From a candidate division FCPU426 bacterium (lineage in GTDB: Bacteria > Oederibacteriota > JAAXVQ01 > JAUVAV01): a stretch of 64,000 bases of DNA. The stretch lies in contig DAOWGI010000027.1 of NCBI GenBank assembly GCA_030637655.1, positions 40,329-104,328 on the forward strand. Direction: 5' to 3'. Position numbers and translations under genes: made by a program. Position 1 is the first letter of the stretch. Each line of letters starts with the position of its first letter. The notes beneath the pieces are model-generated. The model was not told the origin of the DNA. It searched no databases and saw nothing but the letters and a program-made list of their open reading frames with translations. Positions 38,230-49,253 of this stretch are shown piece after piece.

Positions 38230-38672
38230 GATTTCACCGTCGGAACAGTATCTTGCGCAATAAAAATCCTTTCGCTTTTAAATTTCCACGCCCAACGAAC
38301 TAATAAAAAATATCCGACCGGACGAATCCCATTGCCAAATTGATCAAGCAATAAGTGGTGGAACAAACCAAAAGCCAGACCACCGGTGATGGCAGGAGCC
38401 ACACCCAACCAGGCCGCGCCTGCCAATATAAGAATATACTCTATACCATGAAAAAACAGGTATAAACGCGGTTCTTTATAGTTCATCCAAAACTCGAAAA
38501 AATCCCGAATAGAAACCCATTTCCGGCGAATCCCGAAATATTCAACCACATGATCCAAATCCACCAGTACTCCGCTGAACACAGAACAGGCGGCAGCCTG
38601 CCAGGAGCCCAGCAGGCTGCCTACCAGCACACCACCGATGATTGATACTGTTACATGAACACTAGGTCGCAT
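38226..38672 (-). CDS. Small membrane protein, YdjM/DUF457-like (membrane-bound metal-dependent hydrolase family)
   Basis: 148 aa, 3-4 TM segments. LVDLDH motif resembling the YdjM LPDIDH motif. Weak assignment. Confidence 0.4.
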   Translation of the reverse strand: MRPSVHVTVSIIGGVLVGSLLGSWQAAACSVFSGVLVDLDHVVEYFGIRRKWVSIRDFFEFWMNYKEPRLYLFFHGIEYILILAGAAWLGVAPAITGGLAFGLFHHLLLDQFGNGIRPVGYFLLVRWAWKFKSERIFIAQDTVPTVKS

Positions 38673-38683
38673 AGGTAGTCTCT

Positions 38684-40222
38684 CTATTTGAACAATTCGT
38701 CAGATTCCGGCACATGGTCGGTCTTTAACCGGGAGGTTTCCCAAGGATACACAGACAGCATTATACCTGTTACCAGGGTGGCAATCAGCCAGGTCACTCC
38801 AATACCTAACAGTGCGCTGACCGAATATCCTCCATAGCCTTTACTGAGTTCCGTATACAGGGAGCGGACCAACATGACCAGTAAAATGGCAGGAGTAAGA
38901 TACTTTATCATAAAATCCCATACCCAGGTCAATTTAACCCGGGCTGTCGCATTAATATGGTTGCGGAGCACCTTGGTTTTCAAAACATATCCCACCACTA
39001 AACACTCCAGCAAACCGGCCAGGACCAAACCATATTGATTCAGGAAATGATCTACAATATCCAGCCAAAACAGACCTCCACCGGTTGTGAAAATAAGGGA
39101 CCCAAATAAACCAATCATACACAAGGCTGTCACAATCCATTTCCGGGCAAGCTTAAATTTATCCATAATCGCACTGGTCAGCGCCTCAACAATCGAGACC
39201 CCGGAAGAAAGGCCGGCCACGGTCAGGGCAGAGAAAAAGAGCACACCAAAGACTTCACGCAAAAACGGGAGCTTGGATATGGCTTCCGGGAAAACCACAA
39301 ATGCCAGGGTAGGCCCGGATTTAATCACCTGATCAATTGGCAGACCTTTGGAATACGAGAGATATCCCAATATTGAAAAAACAGCAAACCCGGCCACAAA
39401 CGAGTACAAACAGTTGGTCAAGGCGACAATCCAGGCATTTTGCACCAAGTCTGTCTTTTTGGGCAGATAACTGGCGTACGCGATCATAATTCCAAAAGAA
39501 ATGGACAAAGTAAAGAAAATTTGACCATACGCTGCCATCCAGACTTTAAAATCGAGTAACTTTCCCCAATTGGGCTTTAAGTAATATTCAATTCCTTTGG
39601 CTGCTCCGGGCAGGGTTAAACCCCATACCACTAATATGATCGTAGTAACCAACAAAACAGGCATAAATATTTTGCACGCCCGTTCAATTCCCCGGTGTAC
39701 TTCCTGGTAAGTAATAAACCAGGTCACAAACCACATGAGTGCAGTGGCTGTCGCAATGATCCCTTGCAGACCACCCAGCTCACCCGGACCTTTGGTAATG
39801 CCTAAAAATTGGTTCAGAAAAAAGTCCTGCGTATCACTGCCCCAGGCCAGATTAAAGGAAAAAATCGTGAAGTTCGCGCACCAGCCAATAACCACTTGAT
39901 AATAAAACATAATGCCAAACATAACAAAAATGGGCATCCACCAGCCCAGCCATTCCATCCGCCGGCTCAGCTTGGCAAACGCCAAGGGCGCTGAGGCTTT
40001 TTCACGGTGACCCAGACCATATTCCAGCATCAGCAAAGGAATGCCTGCTGAAAAAAGCGCCACAAAATAAGGAATCAGAAACGCTCCGCCGCCATTATCA
40101 TAGGCCATATAAGAAAAACGCCAAATGTTTCCCAGCCCAATGGCTGAGCCAATGGCTGCCAGAAGAAATCCCCAATTTGACGAAAAAATACCGCGTTTGT
40201 GTTCAGTTGAGGAAGTGTTCAT
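38684..40222 (-). CDS. Sodium-dependent transporter of the NSS/SNF (SLC6) family
   Basis: N-terminal signature GLGNIWRFSYMAYDNGGGAFLIPY. 12 TM segments. Confidence 0.8.
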   Translation of the reverse strand: MNTSSTEHKRGIFSSNWGFLLAAIGSAIGLGNIWRFSYMAYDNGGGAFLIPYFVALFSAGIPLLMLEYGLGHREKASAPLAFAKLSRRMEWLGWWMPIFVMFGIMFYYQVVIGWCANFTIFSFNLAWGSDTQDFFLNQFLGITKGPGELGGLQGIIATATALMWFVTWFITYQEVHRGIERACKIFMPVLLVTTIILVVWGLTLPGAAKGIEYYLKPNWGKLLDFKVWMAAYGQIFFTLSISFGIMIAYASYLPKKTDLVQNAWIVALTNCLYSFVAGFAVFSILGYLSYSKGLPIDQVIKSGPTLAFVVFPEAISKLPFLREVFGVLFFSALTVAGLSSGVSIVEALTSAIMDKFKLARKWIVTALCMIGLFGSLIFTTGGGLFWLDIVDHFLNQYGLVLAGLLECLVVGYVLKTKVLRNHINATARVKLTWVWDFMIKYLTPAILLVMLVRSLYTELSKGYGGYSVSALLGIGVTWLIATLVTGIMLSVYPWETSRLKTDHVPESDELFK

Positions 40223-40344
40223 AAATCCCCTTTAAAAATAACAAAGCAGGCCGCGAAAACTTCTTCACAGCCTGCACTTAATGCTTAAGGTGAAATGATA
40301 CGCACTAACCTAAACCCTGTCAAATGGAAAAACGAGAATTTTGG

Positions 40345-40575
40345 AACATGTCAGTGATGGTACTGGGAGCCTTGTCGAATTTTACTCTTTCTCCCCCTTT
40401 TGTAAAGGGGGCAGGGGGGATTTAATCAATAAAACGCCCACTTTTATAATAAAATCCCCCTCAATCCCCCTTTTTAAAAAGGGGGAAGAGTGTTTAAAAT
40501 CCGCTTTTGTGCCTAAATCCAACAGGCTCCTAGCAAACCTGAAAAACCTTTCTAGTACCATCACTGATATGTTAC
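40345..40575. mobile_element. 231-bp MITE with 22-bp TIRs aacatgtcagtgatggtactgg / agtaccatcactgatatgttac and internal G/C-tract palindromes
   Basis: Near-perfect TIRs sharing the catgtcagtga core with families P and 3. Internal cccccttttgtaaagggggcaggggggatt and aatccccctttttaaaaagggggaag hairpins. ORF-track ORFs 40341-40595 lie wholly inside it and are judged spurious. Confidence 0.7.
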
Positions 40576-40707
40576 GGAATATTATAATCAGTTAGTTTCA
40601 GTTGCGGAAAGACTGTTTTTTAAAAAAGCCTTTTTAGCCGTCATCCCGGCTAAAATCATGCCAGGCGGTTTTCAAAATGGTATCCCCGGAATGAATTATA
40701 ATTATAA

Positions 40708-41436
40708 CTAATAACCCCACTCTTCATGCGCCAATGGTGTGCTGTTCAATATCTTTTTCTGCATTTCCCATTTGGGATAAAACTTGTCCATATATGCTTT
40801 GAATTTATCATTATGCAGGCGTTCGAGCAGATGAATCATTTCATGAACAAGAATATACTCAAGACATTCTATTGGTTTCTTGGCTATTTCAAGATTGATC
40901 CAGACACGTTTGTCTTTTATATTGCACGTTCCCCAGCGGGTGCGCATTCTTTTAACGCTCCAGTCATTTACTTTAACACCAATGACCTGCTCCCATTTGG
41001 TAATCAATTCGGGTAATTGCTTTTTCAGATGATCACGATACCATTCATAGAGCGCAAGCTCTCGATTCTTTCTTGTTGTTCCGGGGTTGACATACAAAAT
41101 CAATTTCGTATTATTCTTCATCACAACTTCATGCCTTCCATAACGTTCATTAACTTCGAGCAAATAACGTCTTCCCATGAAATAATGGCTTTCACCGGAT
41201 ACAAATTCCCTGGCTGATTGTCTGGGTTGGTCTATAAACTTCGACTGATGTCTTTTTATCCATCTCATTCTGGTAATAATAGCCAATCGGACGTTATCAT
41301 CATCCAGCTGATTAGGTACTGCAACTCGAATTCTGCCATTTGGCGGATACACAGCCAAATGAAGATTTTTAATTGGTTTACGTACCACTTCCACTTCAAG
41401 ATTGCTTACTGTAATGAAATGTTTGCTAGTACTCAT
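40708..41436 (-). CDS. YgjP-like (DUF45 / SprT-like) zinc metallohydrolase, a common type I RM accessory gene
   Basis: HExxH motif (VHEMIHLLERLH). Start taken at ATG 41436 (MSTSKHF) because the upstream ORF-track start is a TTG. Overlaps the hsdR stop. Confidence 0.65.
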   Translation of the reverse strand: MSTSKHFITVSNLEVEVVRKPIKNLHLAVYPPNGRIRVAVPNQLDDDNVRLAIITRMRWIKRHQSKFIDQPRQSAREFVSGESHYFMGRRYLLEVNERYGRHEVVMKNNTKLILYVNPGTTRKNRELALYEWYRDHLKKQLPELITKWEQVIGVKVNDWSVKRMRTRWGTCNIKDKRVWINLEIAKKPIECLEYILVHEMIHLLERLHNDKFKAYMDKFYPKWEMQKKILNSTPLAHEEWGY

Positions 41437-44400
41437 GCTGATTAACCACCAATTCAAATATTGCTTCTACCAGGCTATCTTCTGCACTATCCCCACCTAG
41501 TTCCTGACGAATAGCACTACGTACTTCCCGTTGTTTGAATCGATTAGACCTAAATCCTTCACGTACGGTATGGCGGACAACAGTATCAATCCGAATTGCC
41601 AATTCCTCATTTTTATCCAAGTTATCATAAAGTGCACGTTGGGCCGGAGTATTCATAGACGTCGGATAGCCTGATGTTTTCTCGGGTTTTTTTAACCGCT
41701 CAGCTAATTCCTTAATACGTTCCAGATATTCTTCGTATCGCAGTGCCTGTTCTTTCCTCTCTTTTATCAATGCTTCCAATAATTTTGACAAATTCTCATA
41801 ATACGCAGGATTGGTTGAGTACTCATCAATAATAACTTTTCGAAAATTATTTTCAATTGTATCAGCCATGGCTTCCTGATTATCACGAATAGACTTAGGC
41901 AGTTTGTTAAGACCATCAAGACCATTCTCAACAATTAGTTCTACCAGCCCCAGCTCTTCAAATTCTGATATTTTTTTACTTTCATCTGCCTGTACATACG
42001 TATCAAGCAGATGGCGCATGGCAGGTTCAAAACGTTTCATGTCAAGGTAATCACCACTAGCGATTTTTATTTCCTCACGAACTTTACTGTAATAAGTTAC
42101 TTCTTCTTTAATTGTCTTTATTTCCTCATCATTATATCCGGCATCTTTCATCTCATTTGCCAGATTGGCATACGCTCTTATAAATGATGCAACAAGTTTA
42201 TAAAGCACAACACGTTTTGATTCGTTTTTCTTCAAAGCATCTTTATCATCCTCAGGTAAAGAGCAAAAATAATGAATATAATCGGAAATATTTCTTGGCA
42301 TAGCCACAGGTTCACAAAGTGCTTTAACAGCTTCACGTACTTCATCCAATCGTTCTTTGCCTTTTTCCAATCGATCTGACAGAAGCCCTGCTACATCTTC
42401 TTTGTCATATCCGGCAAATGCATCCCCGGTATAATCATTGAGCGCACCACATAAGCTATTGAACAAATCTTTATAATCAATAATATAGCCATATTCTTTA
42501 TCTTCACCATCCAGGCGGTTAACACGACAGATGGCCTGAAATAGACCATGATCATGCATAGACTTATCAATATAAAGATAGGTTGCAGAAGGCGCATCAA
42601 AACCTGTCAATAATTTATCCACTACAATTAGAAGACGCATCTGGCCAGGTTCATCAACAAACCTTTTTTTCACCTCTTCTTCAAATTTTTCCACTTTGGA
42701 CATTGCTTTATCCGCTGATTCATCAAAATAATCTGCCAACATTTTGCGATAGATCTCATACTGTCTCAATTTTTCAGTCATACCTTCGCCTGATTCTTCC
42801 AGCTTAATATCCGCAGGTGATGGTTTGTAACTGGTGATGATGGCACATCTTCCTGCCAGATCGGTTTTGGTAAAAAGTTCAAAAACTTTGCAAGCCTGAT
42901 AAATGCTGGAGCATACAAGCATGGCATTACCTCCGCCATTCATTAAACGAGGTTTAAGTGCCATATCAAGCAGAATATCGGCAACGATCTTTTCAAGTCT
43001 ATTCTGACTTGAAAGAATTTTTTGCATGGTTCCCCATTTTTGTTTTAGCTGAAATTTGGCCACATCAGTAAGATTTCTGGTTTTGGCTTTAAACCATTGA
43101 TCTATTTTGTCTTTCGACGTTAGACTTTGGTCAATGTCTCTGGCCTCATAACACAAATCAAGAACAACTTTATCGTTTACCGCTTCGTCATATTTGTAAG
43201 TATGAATATAGGGACCAAAGGTTTCTATACTCATTTGCTTATCAGTTCTTAAAAGCGGTGTACCTGTAAAGCCTATACTCATACTATTAGGCAATATTTC
43301 TTTCATGGCTTTATGCAATATACCTGATTGGGTACGATGACATTCATCAATAAATACAAAAAGTTCACCCTTAGGCTTAAAATCTTTTTTTAGAAATTTA
43401 TTAAGCTCAGCAATATATTGCTCCATAGCTTGATCTTCTGTTCTGCCAAATTTGTGGATTAACGAACAAATAAGCCAGGGTTTGGTACTATTGAGATTAT
43501 CCATAAGATCGGAACCGCTCTTTGTTCTGTAAATTTCTTCATCAATTCCAAAGAAAACACCTTCGATCTGCTCATCCAATTCTGTTCGATCCGTAATGAT
43601 CAATACTCTGGTATTGGTAACATTTTCACGAATCCACTTGGCTAGCCAAACCATGATCAGACTCTTACCAGATCCTTGGGTATGCCAGATAATGCCGCCT
43701 TCGCGCTTTTTAACATGATCTTGTGCTGCTTTTACACCATAGTATTGATTGTGACGCGAGACCTTTTTTATGCCTTTATCAAAAACAATAAAATCATGAA
43801 TCAATTCCAAAAATCGCTTTTTATTACAAAGCTGGGTTAAATCACGATCAAGGAGATTGGCAATATCACTGGATGCTTTCCATTTGAGGTAATACTTTTC
43901 CTGTGTTTCGATCGTTCCATAGCGCAAGCCTTGGGTATCATTGCCGGCCATAACCAATTGCATGGTCGTAAAAAACGGCCTGATAAATTCTTTTTTTTGA
44001 TTATCCAGATTTTGACGGATGCCGTTTTCCAGGGTTACGCTGGAGCGTTTGAGCTCGAGAATGGCAAGGGCAATACCATTGACATACAGCACAATATCCG
44101 GCCTTTTGTTATACTTGCCAAGTACAGTTACTTCTTCCGCTATGGCAAAATCATTCTTTTCCGGTTCTTTCCAATTAATCAGCCATACTGTCTGATAGTT
44201 ATCACCTGCGCCTTCTCTGACCTTAACACCATAGCGCAGCTTACTATAGACTTCTTTGTTGGCATCATAGAGATTGCGGCCGTCACCAATAGCTGATGCT
44301 TTATCCAAATCATAGAGCGCTTTATTGATCAGTGTCTCATTAACACCCTGCTTAGCAAGCCAATGCTTTAATATCTCAGGTTCAATATTGCGGTTATCAG

Positions 44401-44495
44401 GCCTATCTTTCCAATCACCAAGATAGCGATAATTCAGTTGTTTGGTAAAAAGCTCAATTACCCGGTTTTGTGTGTGTCGTTCAGTTGCCAATGAT
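41426..44495 (-). CDS. hsdR: Type I restriction enzyme R subunit
   Basis: SF2 helicase motifs (TQGSGKS, DECHR, TGTP). C-terminal HsdR domain. Proposed start TTG 44495 (MATERHTQNR), 6 nt after a perfect AGGAGG and just after the Bro-N gene stop. The ORF-track GTG at 44563 would overlap the upstream gene by 62 nt. Confidence 0.85.
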
Positions 44496-44501
44496 GACCT
44501 C

Positions 44502-45344
44502 CTATTTATCGCCCAGCTTTTTTCTTTTATCTTGTTCAAGGTAATTCTGTTTTGATACCACACTTCTGCCTAATTCTTTTTCTGTTGCTTTGCGGGCATT
44601 GCCGGCAACTTTTCCGCCTCGTTTGGCGACTTTTTTATTTTTCTCAAAGGTAGTGGGTTTTTCTTTTTTTGAAATCTCGGTTGTAACGCGCTCGCCCAAC
44701 ATATTAAAGATCAATTCCAGATCATCCATGTGATCCCGTAAATTGGCTTTTGATTTTTCAGGAATATTTTTATGCTTCATATATCCAGTTGGTGTCATGC
44801 CAAAAGTTGCTTTTGAAATCTCGGCAGTTAAAATAGAAAACTCTTTTTGACCTTCAATTCCCCGCTCTTTCCACTCATCAGTCAGATTCTGACGAATGGC
44901 AATACCCCTAAGTCGTTTATCTATCCAATCCTTTGGGTATCCTTTTTGTTCGTATATTTCTTTCATCCGCTGTTGAGCCAACTCGGGATTTTCGATTTCA
45001 TCAAGCCTGTCCTGTCCAACCTGAGCCAACCAGCGTTTGAATGGTTCAGCTTTTTGGGAGGGAATTGACTGGATCAAGCGCAAAGCACTTTTGGTATTCA
45101 CACAGTCAGTTTGACGCATTTTCCCATCCTCGGCAGGTAATTTCAACTGTACCCAAATTGGGGACAGTTGAAGCTGAATAAACTCTCTTTCCTTCAATTT
45201 GCCCCAATATTGCCTTGGTGTAGGGCTTTCGGTTAGCGCTGAGATAATATCCACCACCGAATAGTACCACTCATCTTCATACCATAGCCTTCGAATTTCC
45301 TTACTTTGAAAAATCACAAGTTTGTCAGTATGTTCTTTTGACAT
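44502..45344 (-). CDS. Bro-N domain protein (DinD / antirepressor-like) embedded between hsdS and hsdR
   Basis: N-terminal Bro-N pattern (VIFQSKEIRRLWYEDEWYYSVVDIISAL). AGGAGG RBS. 280 aa. Confidence 0.55.
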   Translation of the reverse strand: MSKEHTDKLVIFQSKEIRRLWYEDEWYYSVVDIISALTESPTPRQYWGKLKEREFIQLQLSPIWVQLKLPAEDGKMRQTDCVNTKSALRLIQSIPSQKAEPFKRWLAQVGQDRLDEIENPELAQQRMKEIYEQKGYPKDWIDKRLRGIAIRQNLTDEWKERGIEGQKEFSILTAEISKATFGMTPTGYMKHKNIPEKSKANLRDHMDDLELIFNMLGERVTTEISKKEKPTTFEKNKKVAKRGGKVAGNARKATEKELGRSVVSKQNYLEQDKRKKLGDK

Positions 45345-45402
45345 CTTTACATATTCCTCCTCTATGTAGAATTTTTGGTTCTACACAGTTAGCCCGATAT
45401 TT

Positions 45403-46719
45403 TTAAATTTCCTTGCAATATTTATCAATTATCCTCGTTTTTCCGGTAAGTAATTCCTGCATCATGCCCTGCTTAATCGCCTTGGTCTTAGCACGCCGCG
45501 CTTCTAAAGCTGTTATATCAGCATCCATGTCTGAAAGAACGGAAGCAATGGCGGATTGTTCGCTTTCATTTCTTGGCAACGCAATTTTGAAAACAGACAA
45601 ATCTTTATTTGTAAGTTGATTTATTGTCGCACCCATGACTTCATTTATCTGTCGTTGAATAATATTTGATTGAAATTGATAAAAAATATATTGGCTATAT
45701 TTACTTCTATATAAAGACATAAATGCACCAAATGCACTCCCAACCACATGCTTATTAATTAGAGCGCATTTACCTATTAACTGGCGGCTTCCATTTCGCA
45801 CACAAATAAGAATGTCACCTTCTCTTACCATTACTCGATCCGGCAGATTCATCTCTACAAACACATTATCTTCAAATGCCAATTTACCATTTTGAACATT
45901 CGAAGAACGAAGAACAAGTACGCCATAATCTTTTACATCTCTCGGACTATACGTCAATCCTATTAAGCTGCAACCAACATCACCTAGCGGTACATTGTCC
46001 CAATCTTCTGGTATCTCTCCAACCTCTGTCTGTTTATATCCTTTTCCTTCACCAAACCCCGGCAGGCGTTTTTTGCCTGTCAGCAGTTGCTGCATGGTGG
46101 CAATTTTGATGGCGCGTTTTTTGGTGATGAGTTTATCGAGGGATGAAATCAGATCATCAATATCAGAAAGCGCAGTGGCGATTAAACGTTGTTCGGACGT
46201 TTCTTTTGGAAACCCGACCGGTAATTGATGCAGTATACTTCCTTTTATTCCTTTAGCCGTACTTCCTGAAGAATGATCACCTAATATTTGTTGAAATACA
46301 TCTGACATTAAATAGTACTTCAAATAATCATTACGAAGTAAATCCGCATTAGCTCTATATTTAATAACCCTCTGAGCTAATGCAACATTCTCTTTATCAA
46401 CTTCAGCAACATTACCTAATGGCGCTTCAGTTGTTATTAACACATCACCTTTTAAAGGATATCCACGTCTCATTATTGTTTGATACTCTTTTTCGGAAAC
46501 AAATTCCTCTGATATTGAATAATCAATAAATCCAAAACGAATATTTTTAGCGGTTACAAGTACGACGCCATCTTTTGTCTTTCTTGGCGTTTTACCTCTA
46601 TAATCAACATAATTTGTACATCGATTTATAGGAAGTGTCTCCCAACCCTCCGGAATCTCTCCAACCTCTGTCTGCTTATATCCTTTTTTCAATTGTCCAT
46701 TATCCATTGTCAATTCCAT
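45403..46719 (-). CDS. hsdS: Type I RM specificity subunit with two target-recognition domains
   Basis: Duplicated conserved segment KGYKQTEVGEIPE(G/D)W preceding each TRD. Conserved coiled-coil spacers. Start overlaps the hsdM stop. Confidence 0.8.
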   Translation of the reverse strand: MELTMDNGQLKKGYKQTEVGEIPEGWETLPINRCTNYVDYRGKTPRKTKDGVVLVTAKNIRFGFIDYSISEEFVSEKEYQTIMRRGYPLKGDVLITTEAPLGNVAEVDKENVALAQRVIKYRANADLLRNDYLKYYLMSDVFQQILGDHSSGSTAKGIKGSILHQLPVGFPKETSEQRLIATALSDIDDLISSLDKLITKKRAIKIATMQQLLTGKKRLPGFGEGKGYKQTEVGEIPEDWDNVPLGDVGCSLIGLTYSPRDVKDYGVLVLRSSNVQNGKLAFEDNVFVEMNLPDRVMVREGDILICVRNGSRQLIGKCALINKHVVGSAFGAFMSLYRSKYSQYIFYQFQSNIIQRQINEVMGATINQLTNKDLSVFKIALPRNESEQSAIASVLSDMDADITALEARRAKTKAIKQGMMQELLTGKTRIIDKYCKEI

Positions 46720-49154
46720 TGAAGTCCCATCTTCTTCAGATGCGCATCAACCTTAACACTTAATGTTTCCACTTTTTCCACCAATTGCGCTAGTGGTTCG
46801 GCATAGCGTTCTTCCAGCACTTTAATCCTTGTTGCCAATTGCTGGGTAATGCGTTCGATCTCGGACTCAATGGATTCTTTCATCGTAGCCAGCCATTTGT
46901 CTTCTATAATTAATGTTTTGATTTCATCTATTGTTACTTTTTGATATTTGGCCAACACTTTTTCACCAAGTACTTTCTGTGCTGTTTTTATTTTATTACT
47001 GGCTTCTGTTTCTTTTTCCATGAGTTCATGGCATTTGGTTAGGACAGCCATTTCTTCCTGATTGTCTTCCTGGTTTTTGACTTCTGCAATTGTTGTTTTT
47101 AGAGTAGCTTTAGTTATTTTGCCTTTATCATTCTTGGCATCTTCCAGAACGCTCTCTTCTCCGCTATGTTCTTCTATAAAAGATTCCAGTTCCTGGGTAA
47201 TCGTATCTTTATCTGATTGCAGTTCATCAAGTGCTTGCTGCTCTTTGCTAAAGAACCGATTAACAATAAGCTGCGGCGGAATAAGGTCCATTTTGAATTT
47301 CAGTTTATCAATAATCAGGTCCGGTGTTTCTTTTTGCTTTTCGCCGTTTTTCGGTTTTTCTAGTTTTCGCACTTGTTTGCCTGCTTGCCAGCCATCCTGG
47401 ACAATTATATAGACATCATCCTGCATGGTTTCCGACCAATAGTCCATGAGATGCTGATAAATATCATAGGGATTGATGAGTTTTGCTTTGAAAAACGTTG
47501 CGAGCAGATTTTCTGATAATTTATTAATAAGCTCTTTAGGCTTATCTTTTATTTTAATAGCTTCCAATTGTTCTTTATGCTCTTTTTCCCAGGCCTTGTA
47601 TAATTTCATAATCCCTTTGGAAAAGAATTGATACTCTTCATGCTTTAAAATATTTGCTTTAACCTGATTGGCCGGTACCAATGCTTTGATATACCCTGCT
47701 CTATTGCCTTTGGCAAACAGCTGATTACGCACATTTGGGAATAATTTCCAGTATTTATCCAATGCTTCAATATCTGCTTCCGGTATACCGCCTTTTAAAT
47801 GAGCTGGAAGATCATGCAAGTCTTCTGGCTCACTTGAATCAATGTAGCGGGGTATATTTAGATTGAATTCATTTTTTTCAATTTCCGCAAAAGGCACCAT
47901 GCGAGAATACCCGGCAACTTCTGATTGTTTGGTAAATATATCGACTATTTTATGTATATCCTGGCTACGCAGACGGTTTTTATTGCCATCCTTCATAAAG
48001 CCCTTGCTGGCATCAATCATAAAGATGCCCCGTCTGGCCTGGGCGTGTTGTTTGTCTATGACAATGATGCACGCCGGGATGCCGGTACCATAGAAGAGAT
48101 TGGCCGGCAGGCCTATGATGCCTTTGATATAGCCTTGCTTGATCAGATTGCGTCTGATGTCTGATTCAGTATTGCCCCGAAACAAGACTCCGTGGGGTAG
48201 AATGATCGCGCCTTTTCCGGTACTCTTCAATGATTTGATAATATGCAGCAGAAATGCATAGTCGCCGTTTTTAGCAGGCGGCACACCATACTCAAAGCGT
48301 TGGTACTGATCCTCTGTGGGTTTAATTCCTGTGCTCCAGGATTTATAGGAAAAAGGCGGATTGGCTACGGCAAAATCAAATTGTTTAAGGCTTTTACTAT
48401 CTGGATTTTTAAAGTGTGGACTTGATAACGTATTTCCTTTCCATATTTCGGCATATGGAGCATTATGCAAAAACATATTCATTCTTGCCAAGGCATAGGT
48501 GGCATTATCATTTTCCTGGCCATAGATGGAAAGTCCTCGCGGCGCTTGATCATTGGCTTTGAGTAGTAATGAGCCTGATCCGCACGTTGGATCATAGATT
48601 GTGCATTTTTGTGAAGTCGTTTCATCTATTCCAATTACTTCGGACATGACTATTGACACTTCAGCCGGTGTATAAAACTGTCCCTTACTCTTGCCCGATT
48701 CTGTGGCAAAGTGTCTCATTAGAAATTCATATGCATCTCCCAGTAAATCATCGTCACCTGCACGATTGGAGCCTAAATCAAGTCCTTCAAATATGGCGGC
48801 CAACTTGGTAAGTCTGTCTACCATTTCCTTACCTTTGCCAAGTTTATCCTCATCATTAAAATCAGCTATATCAATAACACCTTGCAGATCATTGTCTTTG
48901 GCAAGCCGGCCAATAATTTTATTAATCTTGTCGCCAATTTCTTTATCATTTTTGATTTTTATTATATCCGTAAAAGAACTGCCTGATTTAACAAGAATAG
49001 AATCATCGGCTTTACCGGTTGATTTGTCAGAGGCATATTTTACAAATAATAAGGTGAGTACATAATCTTTATACTGCGAGGCATCCATGCCGCCCCGTAA
49101 TTCATCACAGCTAGCCCATAGTGAGCTGTATAATTCGTTTTTTTTGATCGCCAT
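46710..49154 (-). CDS. hsdM: Type I RM N6-adenine DNA methyltransferase subunit (long form, about 300-aa C-terminal coiled-coil extension)
   Basis: HsdM N-terminal domain. Catalytic NPPF motif (VANPPFSYK). SAM-binding motif DPTCGSG. 814 aa. Confidence 0.85.
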   Translation of the reverse strand: MAIKKNELYSSLWASCDELRGGMDASQYKDYVLTLLFVKYASDKSTGKADDSILVKSGSSFTDIIKIKNDKEIGDKINKIIGRLAKDNDLQGVIDIADFNDEDKLGKGKEMVDRLTKLAAIFEGLDLGSNRAGDDDLLGDAYEFLMRHFATESGKSKGQFYTPAEVSIVMSEVIGIDETTSQKCTIYDPTCGSGSLLLKANDQAPRGLSIYGQENDNATYALARMNMFLHNAPYAEIWKGNTLSSPHFKNPDSKSLKQFDFAVANPPFSYKSWSTGIKPTEDQYQRFEYGVPPAKNGDYAFLLHIIKSLKSTGKGAIILPHGVLFRGNTESDIRRNLIKQGYIKGIIGLPANLFYGTGIPACIIVIDKQHAQARRGIFMIDASKGFMKDGNKNRLRSQDIHKIVDIFTKQSEVAGYSRMVPFAEIEKNEFNLNIPRYIDSSEPEDLHDLPAHLKGGIPEADIEALDKYWKLFPNVRNQLFAKGNRAGYIKALVPANQVKANILKHEEYQFFSKGIMKLYKAWEKEHKEQLEAIKIKDKPKELINKLSENLLATFFKAKLINPYDIYQHLMDYWSETMQDDVYIIVQDGWQAGKQVRKLEKPKNGEKQKETPDLIIDKLKFKMDLIPPQLIVNRFFSKEQQALDELQSDKDTITQELESFIEEHSGEESVLEDAKNDKGKITKATLKTTIAEVKNQEDNQEEMAVLTKCHELMEKETEASNKIKTAQKVLGEKVLAKYQKVTIDEIKTLIIEDKWLATMKESIESEIERITQQLATRIKVLEERYAEPLAQLVEKVETLSVKVDAHLKKMGLQWN

Positions 49155-49253
49155 TTTTTATGTAATTCCTTTATTTGATTTACTCCACGCTGTGCGGAGA
49201 ATATTTTGCGCAATGTTTTATTGTGGTCCTGTCAAAAAAAACCTCTGCTTTTT

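Noticed and set aside
40341-40595. ORFs 40341-40595 (+) and 40382-40564 (-)
   Set aside because: They lie entirely within the 231-bp MITE with G/C-tract palindromes; mirror-image translations typical of palindromic DNA.
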